A DNA stretch of 64,000 bases from Epiperipatus broadwayi (taxonomy: Eukaryota; Animalia; Onychophora): the NCBI GenBank assembly GCA_028023455.1, contig JAQFVV010000005.1, positions 7,254,001-7,318,000 on the forward strand. Direction: 5' to 3'. The translations under genes and the position numbers were made by a program. Of the stretch, positions 13,620 through 24,374 are shown in pieces (positions within the stretch are counted from its first letter, which is position 1; the number at the start of each line of letters is the position of its first letter). The notes beneath the pieces were generated by a model. It saw nothing but the letters and a program-made list of their open reading frames with translations, ran no database searches and was not told the origin of the DNA.

Positions 13620-13664
13620 ACACAACATTTCAAATAGTGTTATTCTCCATTCCTCTTCAGGTGT
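13620..13664 (-). ncRNA. Minimal type I hammerhead motif
   Basis: ACAC-CUGAAGA-G-GAAUGG(AGAAUAACA)CUAUUU-GAAA-UG-UU-GUGU, with the core intact and stem I ACAC/GUGU. Confidence 0.65.
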
Positions 13665-13885
13665 TGCTGGTCTGCCCAGTAACAATTTAGCATAGGAGTT
13701 AAACCTACACTCTAGATACTCGAATTTTAAAACAATACTCTAACCAAAGGCAACAGATAGTAAAAATTTGATATATTTACATATGAGAGTTGATTCAAAT
13801 CCTCTTGAGCTCTTAAAAAAAAAGTTGACTCATGATTTGAAACAAGCCTATATAATATATGAAATTTCTACTATCTGTTGCCTTT

Positions 13886-13976
13886 GACAGAATAACTCAA
13901 TTGGTTAGAGCAATACCTTAAAATTCGATATTCAAGAATCTAGAGGTGCAAGTTCAACTCCTATGCTAAATTGTCA
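13886..13976 (+). repeat. tRNA-derived (Pol III A/B box) SINE head; not a functional tRNA
   Basis: A-box-like TAACTCAATTGGTTAGAGC, B-box-like AGTTCAACTCC, and acceptor-like GACAG...TTGTCA. The anticodon stem does not pair. Confidence 0.65.
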
Positions 13977-14204
13977 CTGGTCATGCCAGCATCACCCAAA
14001 GAAGAATAGAGAATAATACTACTACTTGAAACATGTAATTACTAACCTGTTATCTATTTGTATGTTATTACTAACAAATTGTTTGTATTTGAAAAGTTTA
14101 AAATTTTCTATGCATTTTACATTTAATGATAGATGATAAAAAAATGTCCAAAATACTATCATATCTAATATACCACCAGGCAAATCACTAATGTAACTAA
14201 GAAT

Positions 14205-14940
14205 TTCATTTTATGTAATTCCTGTAATAGTCTTCTTGCTGATGATTAATATAGTGTTTGTAAAGATTGTGCTAATGAATTTCACTTCACTAGCTTTTCT
14301 ATCTCTATTCAAATTTAGAAGCCTAGCATAATTAAGAAGAGTTCTATGCAATGTACCATGTGTAAGGCAGAATCGTTGAATGACAGATATCAAACATAGT
14401 TAATTATGATTTAATTTGGATTTATGAGATAAACTAAATTTATTACCAACCATTCTGAATAAATAAATTAAACCTCATTATATTGGATTTTAAATAAGAA
14501 TTTTCTGCAGAAAATGCTAAGGCTATATCTGAAAGTAATACACAAGAAATATGTCGAGTGGCTGAAGTTGTTCAACATTATAAGGAATTGATATTTTGTA
14601 AGCAAATCGAATGGACAACTTAATAAGTGTATGCTGAATAAAGATGGTGAAATTGAAGATACATGGTGGTTTACCATGTGATATCAATCTTATATATCTA
14701 TGAAATCATGTAGCAATCGCCCAAGACAAGATGGAAGAGAGAATTCAGCAAAATCTTTACTTGAAAAATGGTCAATTAAATTAATGCGTAAATTAATTAG
14801 GAGATAAATCTCGAATACATATTAATGAAATATTTACTTTATATAAACGTAAATAATTACAGACAACTCAGAAAAAATTACAAAATCAGATGTTGTTTGT
14901 GCCATGGATGGAGAAATTTATTGTCGAATATTTCGTCTTT
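14205..14940 (+). pseudogene. Decayed LINE ORF1 (PHD finger plus RRM/C-terminal domain, CR1/L2-type); faint APE-like traces continue to about 16 kb
   Basis: LCNSCNSLLADD*YSVCKDCANEFHF...SMQCTMCK matches PHD spacing. RIHINEIFTLYKRK...AMDGEIYCR resembles the YINEHLT...VW..NGKI ORF1 C-terminus. Confidence 0.55.
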
Positions 14941-17140
14941 TTTAAAAATCAAACCCGAGAACTTATAATCTTTATGACTAATGGATTTGATAATTTAAAA
15001 CGCTAAGGATAACGCCAAAATGAATGTGTTCCTTACAAATGAAAACTGAGGATGTAATTTATTTTCTTACATTTAAGTTAAGATTTTATATCATTTTATG
15101 TTTATCAAATAACTTTCTATTGAAATGTTCGAACAAGTTTTTAATTTATGGCTGTTTCAGTTATTATGGTTACTAATGCCATGATTTTATTTTATTGGGC
15201 AAGGTTATAATTTAGAAATTATAAATTATTTTAAAAAATAAATTATTTATTATCGTTTCCAACAAATACGGTTTTCTTCTAGTTGCAATTCTCAGCGTTG
15301 CTGATCACGCGTTTGCATAAAAATATAACGTACTTATGTAATTACAAAAGTTTTAATAATCGATAATTTACTCATACATATCTTATTTATCAATAATTAT
15401 ATCAATTACTTGGAATAAATTTGAGCTAAGCGTATTCGAAAGTTTTCATATTTATTAAAATATATCTTGACCATTATTTAAACATTGTAACAGTATGACA
15501 TTTGGGATTGGCCACATCATTTATTTAAAATATGGAAAACTCATTTATAATCGAAACGAATGGCAAATTATGCAATTAGTTTTTGATATTGTTATTTAAA
15601 TATAATTTTAGATTTCTCTATACATCTATATTTTCTACACAATTTCTTTTATCAGGAAAGCGGGAACATTTTGTGTAACTTACATTTTCAGAAATTCGGT
15701 TACGTTCACTGCTTAAAGCCTAGATAACAATTCTACATTTAATGCAAAGACTTAATGAGTAAAAAATGTAAAACCACAAAATATCGATTATTCAATGTTA
15801 AATTTTTTTAAAAAAGATATTACTTCAATTGTTTATTTTTGAAATCTAATTTAAAGGCTGTGAAATATCAAACTTCGTTTCTTATTAAGACATAAATAAA
15901 AATTCATATATATTAAAAGTAAATAGAGGTGTATCAGTAGAACAAAGTAATAGCTGATTCAATATTACCTCATAAAGAAACATTATTTGCAGTGTCGATG
16001 GAAAGTGAGGGGAATAAGAATTATTGATCTTTTTCTGTATTTAAACACATTCTGTCCTCTTGCGGCAAATATTTGAAGGATTATTTTAATATTTTGATAT
16101 TTTTGGGGCCAGACTTTGATCTAAGCAGCCCTATACTCATTAATTATACCTAGAAAATAAACACAAAAGATTTTTGCAAACTTAACGAGTTTATTACTCA
16201 GAATATACATATGAAATTGGTAATAAGTTAGTATATTCACTAGCGACTTGCTGCTTGAACTCTTTTTTTAATCAGTCTCAATGGCACACAGACAATTCTT
16301 TATAAAGTTTGACTTTATTATTACATTTTATTAAAAGTCCTTCATTTCAGTGTGATAAATTTTTCCATTAATTTTTCGCTAACGTTTTCATCAGCATTAC
16401 ACTGCTGACCTACATCGAGTTTAGCAAGCATCTTACTGCTCACTCAACTATATCTGACTCGATCTAATTTGATTGCATCTCTTCTCTCATTAAAGTTCTG
16501 CAGACATTTTTTATACTCTTCTAATTTGCAAAAATATTTCACTATTGTCCTTATACAAGTTAGGATATCTAGATTAACTTGCACTTTGCTAATTTGATTT
16601 ATTCTGCATTTCATTATTTCTAGAGTGACTACAATATCTTTGCATTGATCAATTACAAACACACACACACACACATTAACTTTATTTATTTTACAACCCA
16701 CTCAATATATAGCAGATGTATAATGTAAAAAAAATTACAAAAATGTAATTAATTGAATTTGATTATAGCAGTTTTAATGAAAGAAAATTTAACATAATTT
16801 GTAGATAACATTTTAACTTAAAAAAAATATGTAAATAAAAACTTTTAAAAAGTTCTGACTCTTGAAATTAATTAAAATAAACATATTAATTTTATGTTAT
16901 AAAAATAGTGATAAGATAGAAAAAATTGCTAGTGTTAGTTTAAATGTGTTTTGTTGTGAGTTAAAATGTGAGCCCACACTTCTTGCTTAGTTCTGTCATT
17001 TTTTTTTGTAAATGTTATTTTTTTCAAAGGAAATCACACCAAAGGGAAATTTATTTTTTTATCTCTAAGATAAAATAATAATTACAATTTTCTTCTTCTT
17101 CTTCCTTTCTTTCTTTATGCACATTGATTTCTATATTTAC

Positions 17141-17563
17141 ATATGATACCATTTCCAATTTTCTTATATATTTAACAATAAAACAGGCAAAACTCATTGT
17201 ACGTATTGCCACACACAGCAGAAGCATAAGAAGTGGTGGTCATGTATGTTTATTGACATTTAACAATACTATTTTTTTTTACACAAAAACTTTACTCTTA
17301 CAGTTTTGACTGTCCTGCAGTCATCATCAGAGATCTTTAAAATCCTATTTCCAAAAACAAACTTTTATTTCCAAAAAACAACTAAAAATAGGATTATAAA
17401 AATCTCTGATGATGACTGCAGGATAGTCAAAACTGTAAGGATAAAGTTTTGGTGTAAAAAATAGTATTGTTAAGGGTATAAGAAAGTTGGAAATGGTATC
17501 ATATATTATAATTATAACCTGAATAGAAATGAGCCAGAGCATTTCAAAACAGTTTAAGAACAA
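17141..17563. mobile_element. Family D inverted hammerhead insertion with near-TSD
   Basis: Arms ~17141-17350 and ~17386-17504 are reverse complements. HHR-like motifs at 17296-17333 (-) and 17403-17441 (+): CUGAUGA-U-GACUG(CAGGA)CAGUC-AAAA-CUG-UA. Flanked by TTCTATATTTAC (17129-17140) and TTCTATATTTTAC (17564-17576). Confidence 0.75.
17181..17257. mobile_element. Family A mini-insertion nested in the left arm of family D, with 11-bp TSD
   Basis: ATTTAACAATA at 17170-17180 and 17258-17268. The insert begins AAACAGGCAAAACTC (reverse complement of the family A end) and is absent from the partner arm. Confidence 0.75.
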
Positions 17564-17917
17564 TTCTATATTTTACTCCATTGTTATTCATTACAAACTC
17601 AACTTTTAAAAATAATTTGGTTCTAATGTACTGATATTTTACTTTGTTTATGACTTTAAATTTATTTATAAAACAATGAATATATTTATACAGCATAATT
17701 TAATAATCTTCATATTTGCAAACTCAAAACTCACTATTCGAAAAAAAAAAAAATTGTAAATTAATTAGAAATTAGGAAAATGCATGTATATGTAATAATT
17801 ATGTTAAACAAAGCAAAACTCTGCATACAGTATTGCCATCTTATGCCAACAAGAGTAATCAATGGATGCCAGAAGGCTTGTGCATAAAATCCCTTTCTAG
17901 TGCCTACTCATCCAAAA

Positions 17918-17959
17918 TCCCCAGACTAGTTTCTGGCTTGTGGCCTTCGTCAGTGAGGA
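17918..17959 (-). ncRNA. Minimal type I hammerhead ribozyme (family A)
   Basis: UCCUCA-CUGACGA-A-GGC(CACAA)GCC-A-GAAA-CUAG-UC-UGGGGA, with palindromic ACUAGU stem III. Confidence 0.85.
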
Positions 17960-18200
17960 GCGTTGGATCTGAGAGCACTGGACCTAGATCTTAGGATCTA
18001 ATGCAACCCCCCAGCAGCCACCTTTTAATTCTACTTAACTACAAAACTATGAGAATGAAATTGAAAATACAATAATATTTTCAATCTAAGTTCAATAGCT
18101 TATATAGTCATAGTTTTGTAGTTAAGTAGAATTAAAAGGTTGCTCCTGGAGGGTTGCATTAGACCCTAAGATCTAGGTGCAGTGCTCTCAGATCCAAGGC

Positions 18201-18242
18201 TCCTCACTGATGAAGGCCACAAGCCAGAAACTAGTCTGAGGA
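18201..18242 (+). ncRNA. Minimal type I hammerhead ribozyme (family A); predicted cleavage after 18236
   Basis: UCCUCA-CUGAUGA-A-GGC(CACAA)GCC-A-GAAA-CUAG-UC-UGAGGA, with a perfect 6-bp stem I. Confidence 0.85.
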
Positions 18243-20895
18243 TTTTGGATGAGTAGGCACTAGATAGGGATTTTATGCACAAGCCTTCTGGCATCCATTG
18301 ATTACTCTTGTTGGCACAAGATGGCAATACTGTATGGAGAGTTTTGCTTTGTTTGATAACAATTATATGCTAGTATGAGATAGTGATCATGTGAATTATG
18401 TTAAACAACAACACTGACTAAGAATAATAGACTTTTCAATCTTATTCTTGCAGTTTTTATGAAAGCATTTTTGTATGTCATCATATGTTTTGTGCTAAGT
18501 TTTAAAAAGTATAATATTTATTTACAATAATCTCAAAACACAAATCTAATGATCATAGCAATTGTTCCAAGTTCAAAAGAAGCCATTAAATGCTTCCTTT
18601 ATGTAAAAAAGTAAAAGTTATTGCTGATGGTTGAGAATTTAACAAAAATGAATCAGCAATCATGAAACAGTTAAATTCATATAAGATTTGCAAGTAGTCA
18701 TTATAATGCTAAACTTACAATCCAAAAAACATGATTACCTGTTATTAATAACTGAAAAGGCATTAAATTTCTAGTTCAAGGATAAAAACAAAAATAATTC
18801 TCTAATGGTCAGTGTCATATTGCATTAGAAAATATTGATTTTATATATAAAGACTTTAGCAAATGATTCATTGAAAATAGTAACCACACCATTAACTGCA
18901 AGTAAACTATGATTGTTCAACATTAAAAAATGGTATAAACTGAAAATGAATCATTTCATGGCTATCATTAACATTGCACATTTGCATAGAATTTTATTTA
19001 AAAATACATTTTAAATTTATAAATTCAATATCAGAAAATCATTTTCATCACACAAAGAAAAAAAAAGATGCCAGTAACTTTCCTATTTATTTATTTATTT
19101 TTTTGAGAAAAAAAAAAGTCAGCACATTCACATATGAGTATATTTCATTTACATATTCATATGTAAATGTGTGCTTTCCTTCACAATTTATGGTCAATTT
19201 CATTAATTTCTTTTAAATATTTTTGGCTATTTCAACTCCAAAAAACAAAAAATAATGACAAGTAAAAAGTACTTTACAAATGAATTTTGCAATGACTATA
19301 TACAGATCAATCTGTGAAACAAATATTTTTGTATATAGAACATGCTGGTCCATTTTTCTAGTTACTTGACAAAATTTAGCAGAAAACTCATCTTTCTTAA
19401 ATAAATACCATGTCAAATGGTAGTTCTCCAATGTATTCTATTCTCTACTACATATTTCCATTGGAATTAATTGACTTTGTATTTCTTTAGAATATTTTTG
19501 AGATAGTTCTTATAGTGTAGATATAGTCTACTTTTCCCATGAAAACCATTACAATTAATTAAAATCTGATTTTATTTTCAGTAAAAAAAGAACTTTTATA
19601 AACTTTCAAAAAAAAAAAAAAGAAAGAAAGCTGTAGTAGAATTTGATAAACTGATTTTTTTAATTTTTATTATTGATACACATTGCATATGTGAATTTTA
19701 TGTATATTCAAAATGGAGTTAGTTATTTTAAAAATTAATGTAATTTATTATTTGATAAATTCAGATATGATAAAAATGAATTTCATTTATATAATTACTC
19801 AATTATTGTACCACACATATATTTGCAATTATATATATGTGTTTTAGTAAACCTAGCATAAGGTATTTGTATTATTAAAAATATAACTTAAAAGTTTAAT
19901 CATGTATTATTGCAGGACAGTTTAAATAATATTCAGAAATTACATGCACACACATGTATGTGTACATATATATATATATCAATGAGTGTTAAGTAAACAT
20001 ATATGTAAAATTTCATCATTTTTTATTGTATTAAGATGTCAGTTGAAATGTATTCATTATAAATTATAAAATGTATGTCTGTACAGATATATATATATAT
20101 GCATTTATGTAAACTCATTAAGAGGCATTGTAAATCAATGTAATAACTTGAATATTATAAATCACATATATGTAAATCACAATGTGATAATTATTGTATA
20201 TTACTCAAAATCAGAAGGCTTGGTTTATGTATATATAGCCATATTCTAAAGGTATTAACTTCATTTATTTTTTTATTAATGTTATTAATAAACTTGTATT
20301 TCATTATTAAAATTATTCCAGTGACTTAATTGTAAATATTTATAGAATAGTATGTAAATAATCTCTTAATCACTGTAACACTAATAGATCTCATGTTCTC
20401 TGAGCTAGATTTGAGTATAATGGCTGAATATATGAATGGGAATGTATTATTAGTGCAAGAGGCATTCCAGTATGACATTGTCCTGGTATGGTGTGAAGAT
20501 TATATTCTTCAAAATCCCTGCATTACATTTTATTTTAGTAGTCTTAGAAATTAAGTTTATAGTTAACCAGTACATCAATGGCACTAAGTAGACAGAGCAT
20601 TAATGATAATCAGCATGTTTGTAATATCCCAGCATTATTGTTTTGATTCTTATGTATTTTGATGGATGAGTACTTAAGTTGGTACATCCAAATAATGGTT
20701 TCAATATTCTGCCACAAGTAGGCAAGAGCTAAATAGTTGGCTTGGTCTATAGTAGACTCATTTCTAATCGAGCCACAAGATGGATGATTTATTTTATTGT
20801 TGATCATTCATGATGATGAATGGTTACTTTATTTTGAGTATTACTTGTACTTGTTTTTATTTATTGATAATTTTGGTTGATGTATAATTAATTTT

Positions 20896-20937
20896 AGTAG
20901 CTGGATGATCTCTCAGAGTAGCTGGATGATCTCTCAG
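20896..20937. repeat. 21-bp perfect tandem duplication
   Basis: AGTAGCTGGATGATCTCTCAG x2. Confidence 0.85.
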
Positions 20938-21559
20938 AGATTTTCATAATCTCATGCTTTGCTTTAATATATGAAACTGTTTATATGTTTTGTAATATCA
21001 TATACTTTAATATCTCAATATCTCATTACTTATTTTTTGTGATAAAACCTTACTTTAATAATATTATACTTTTTTGTAAATTTCATTATTTGAAATATTT
21101 TGTTTACTTAAGGGAGTGATGGTTTTCCACCATCCCGGATCAAACCCATCTTCCCCATCCTGTTACAATATATATATAGTATACATAAATAAAATAAAAT
21201 GGCAATTATGGAATAAATATTGTAATATAATGGTGATAATACATTTATAAAAACAATATCAAATCATAGAAATACTTGCAGCTAATTTTGTAACAATCTT
21301 CAACTGAACACTATTTAAAGAAGTTTAGGAAATTAACTGAAAGAACTTTTGTGGTTTGTTGTAATCTTTATAAATATATTATCACTTAAAATTCATTAAT
21401 CTATAATATATGTAAAAGATTTAATGAAATAAATCACTCTAGCAATTTTAGAGTTATCTATTAAAATAAGCAAATAGTTTATACTTTGTGGCTAATTATG
21501 AATCAAAAAATATATAAAATGCGCTAACACACACAAGCACACAAAGCTAAAAACAAATA

Positions 21560-21880
21560 AAGCAAATATATATATATTATTTTAATATCTATTCATTAAA
21601 TGGCTAAGCGCTTTCAAGATTCAAGCCCTCATAATCATAGCCGTATTACAAAATATAAATTGACTTGGAGTGATGCAAATTTATGCAAATGAAATAATTA
21701 TGCATTCCATTTCTTGGATATTTTGTAGCAAGAGTCTTTTCTATTGATGGCATCGCCATCTCTAATATACTTATTTGATTCATACTATTTGTTGCTGTTA
21801 TTCAAATCTCCAGATTACTTTCTTGCTATTGGCAAGCTGATGAAGGCCAACAATCTCAAGAAATAATCCTGGAGGTGAGT
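21560..21880 (-). mobile_element. Second family C Penelope 3' remnant (GIY-YIG C-terminus, 3' UTR, HHR)
   Basis: Minus strand IRDGDAINRKDSCYKISKKWNA* is homologous to ISDNNSINRSDTCYSISKKWTN* of ORF 320-757. Confidence 0.75.
21602..21642 (-). ncRNA. Minimal hammerhead motif with A3-U8 core
   Basis: GGCU-AUGAUUA-U-GAGG(GCUUGAA)UCUU-GAAA-GCGC-UU-AGCC, with palindromic AGCGCU stem III. Confidence 0.75.
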
Positions 21881-22919
21881 AATAAAATGAATTATTACTA
21901 TTAATAAAATATTAAATGTAAGCTATAAAAGTCAAGTGATGCCTTATTTAATATTGGATTTAATGAAATTTGTTAATTACTATAGATTACATTGTTAACA
22001 TATCTTTTATGAAATTACATTTTTTTAAAAATTAAAACTAGGCAAAAATTATGTTTCCTTTTTGTGGGCATCATGTTGATAGTCATGAGAAATTTACCTC
22101 AAGTTACTCTATCTTTACTGATTCATAATTGCATAGAGCATATAGGTTGCCATGAAAAAAAATATTAGTTTTGTCTATAAATCCTCAAATATATGATAAA
22201 GCTTCAAATTTCACTTCAAATTCCAGAATGAAGTCATAGCAAATAGAAGAAATAACTATAGCACTTTGAGGTTCTTTAGAGATATCTTTTTGATTATTTT
22301 TGGAAAATATGTCTATGCCATTATTTAAATTATTAACTGTTTTATTTCAGTGATTATAAGTCAGACATGGAATGTAAGGACTTTGTATTGATTACAATTC
22401 TGATATTTTTAGAACCCCAAGTTTTTATAAACTCCTGAGCAATAAAGCCTTTTGGGGTTTTTTTTTGTATTTAAACAAATTTTTATAATATGATTATTTT
22501 TTTTGTTAACATTATCAATCTTTGTCATTTGCATTATGGTAAAAAATTTCATATTGTGCAGTTTTATACATGTGAATTACATATAAGAAGAACCTTGAAA
22601 TAATTATTATTAGATTTAAGTTTAATACTTAGTTAATGTATCCATTGTATTTTTAGTTTGTTCCTTTTTTATTATGTTTTAAAAAATAAAGTTAGCATTT
22701 TGGGCTGAATGACCAAATGTTAAATCAGTGCTTACATGATTTAATCAGAAAAAAATCTGAATATAAATATATTCATCAATTAAAATTTTATTCATTTCGA
22801 ATAAACTAACTGAATAAAATACTATTATTTGAAGTATATAAACATCTTCTTGAAAGTTGGCAAACATACAATCTCAAATAGTCACATGACTAAATTAGTC
22901 CATGGAAATCACATATTGT

Positions 22920-23010
22920 CTTGCACAGTTTAGTACAGTGAAAAGACATCAGATTCTGAAGTTCAAGATCTCTGGATCATAGCTCCAGCTTTGACACTTT
23001 CAGTGCTCAA
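22920..23010 (+). repeat. Possible decayed tRNA-derived SINE
   Basis: TAGTACAGTG A-box-like sequence, anticodon-loop-like TTCTGAA, and T-stem-like CTGG...CCAG. Confidence 0.3.
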
Positions 23011-23350
23011 ACTCTTTATGAACAGAATAATAAAGCCATAAAATTTCTTATGAAGTAACCATAAAACCATTTGATTATTAATCTATTTAAATAAGTACTC
23101 AGATAAAAATTATCTATGAAAGATCCATTTATATCTCAGTACTGCATTTACTATGATTATACAGTATAAGTTTTCATTTGCATTCTGATATTTCTAACAG
23201 GCTGAAAGCAAAAAGTTAAGATTACAGAATAGCAAAAGATATGCTTGCATTCTTTATTATTATTAATAACACAATTGTCATATACTTATATGTATAATGC
23301 ATATATATATATATATATATATTTTGCGGGTTCATCCGTGTTAAAAACTT

Positions 23351-23398
23351 ACACTGACGTTTCGACTTGGTCACACAAGCCATCCACAGAGTCAGTGT
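23351..23398 (-). ncRNA. Hammerhead-like motif with variant core CUGUGGA (family B pLTR)
   Basis: ACU-CUGUGGA-U-GGCUUG(UGUGAC)CAAGUC-GAAA-CG-UC-AGU, flanked by a ~31-bp inverted repeat (23320-23350 / 23410-23441). Confidence 0.7.
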
Positions 23399-23532
23399 AT
23401 TGGTATTAAAAGTTTTTAACACGGATGAACCCGCAAAATATGTATTTTATATATTTAACCCGTGCAAATCTTCGTTTTAACATATATATATAAAACCAAA
23501 ACTGTCTAACACTATACTAGCAAAAATAAAAA

Positions 23533-24306
23533 TGCAAAACCATAAAACAATACAATACTAGATTAAATTTTAAAATTTTTTACCAAAATCCTTACACAAC
23601 CATGGTTTCATCTACTACAAATAGACCTTCTCAAGTAAAAATCAATCTAAAGGAAAACATATATATATATATACAAACAAACCTTCCCATAATTCACTAC
23701 AAATTCCACCTTCCCTTAATATCAAAAGAAGTCTTCATAAGATTGATAGCCTCAGAATCAAGGAGTTTTATCATCAAAGTCTCCTTTATTCATCTTTTTA
23801 ACTCATTCTTTTCATAAAAAATAACCGAAGCATTGTTAAACAATATTCTATGACCTGTATTCAATTCATGAATATATAAAGCTGAGTTAAGATACCTATG
23901 TTTAACCCTACTTATATGAACCTTAATCCTTTCATTAAGGCTAAATTTACTCTGACCTACATAAAATTTACCACAACTACATGGAATTTTATAAACAATA
24001 CCAGGAATAGACCTACTATCAATAGACTGCTTTGAACCATTAAGTAATGAATTCAAATCAGAACCTTTCCTCCATGCAACCTTCATTCCACCTAACAAAT
24101 GACTATTCCTATAAACCAAATTATAAATTGATGCTTTAAATGGTAAAGACATATAATCATCATCCTTACCAACAAAATTCTTATCATCCAAATCACGACT
24201 ATAAACATTATTATTAAATACCATTTTTTTAATAAAATCATGATTATAACCCAATTCTACATATTCAGCAGCAAATTGACTTCTTTGAATATCAGCATCA
24301 TTATTA
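23533..24306 (-). repeat. Inverted duplicate of the Penelope GIY-YIG region and 3' UTR
   Basis: ORF 23790-24254 matches the C-terminus of ORF 25273-26763 except for two residues (MV/VV, IK/VK). Confidence 0.95.
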
Positions 24307-24374
24307 TTATTTGTATTATTTTTTTATTCTTATTTATTCATTTGTATTTGTATAGTTATTAATTTTCTTTCAGT

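Larger units (their letters stand above)
13506..14137. mobile_element. Head-to-head inverted pair of a tRNA-headed, hammerhead-containing SINE-like element
   Basis: Arms 13506-13777 and 13853-14137 are diverged reverse complements. Each carries a tRNA-like head followed by an HHR-like segment. Confidence 0.75.
17806..18393. mobile_element. Family A ~550-bp palindrome with two intact hammerheads
   Basis: Arms 17806-18051 and 18107-18355 are near-perfect reverse complements. A forward extension runs to 18393. Direct repeat AATTATGTTAAACAA at 17797-17811 and 18394-18408. Confidence 0.9.

Noticed and set aside
16444-16701. 85-aa minus-strand ORF
   Set aside because: It starts in a (GT)n tract and has no recognisable motif.
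21814-21874. Apparent host exon (AG...GTGAGT, LLSCYWQADEGQQSQEIILE) and a CTGATGAAGGCC HHR-like start
   Set aside because: It overlaps the antisense of a GIY-YIG remnant, has no partner exons and no stem II pairing.
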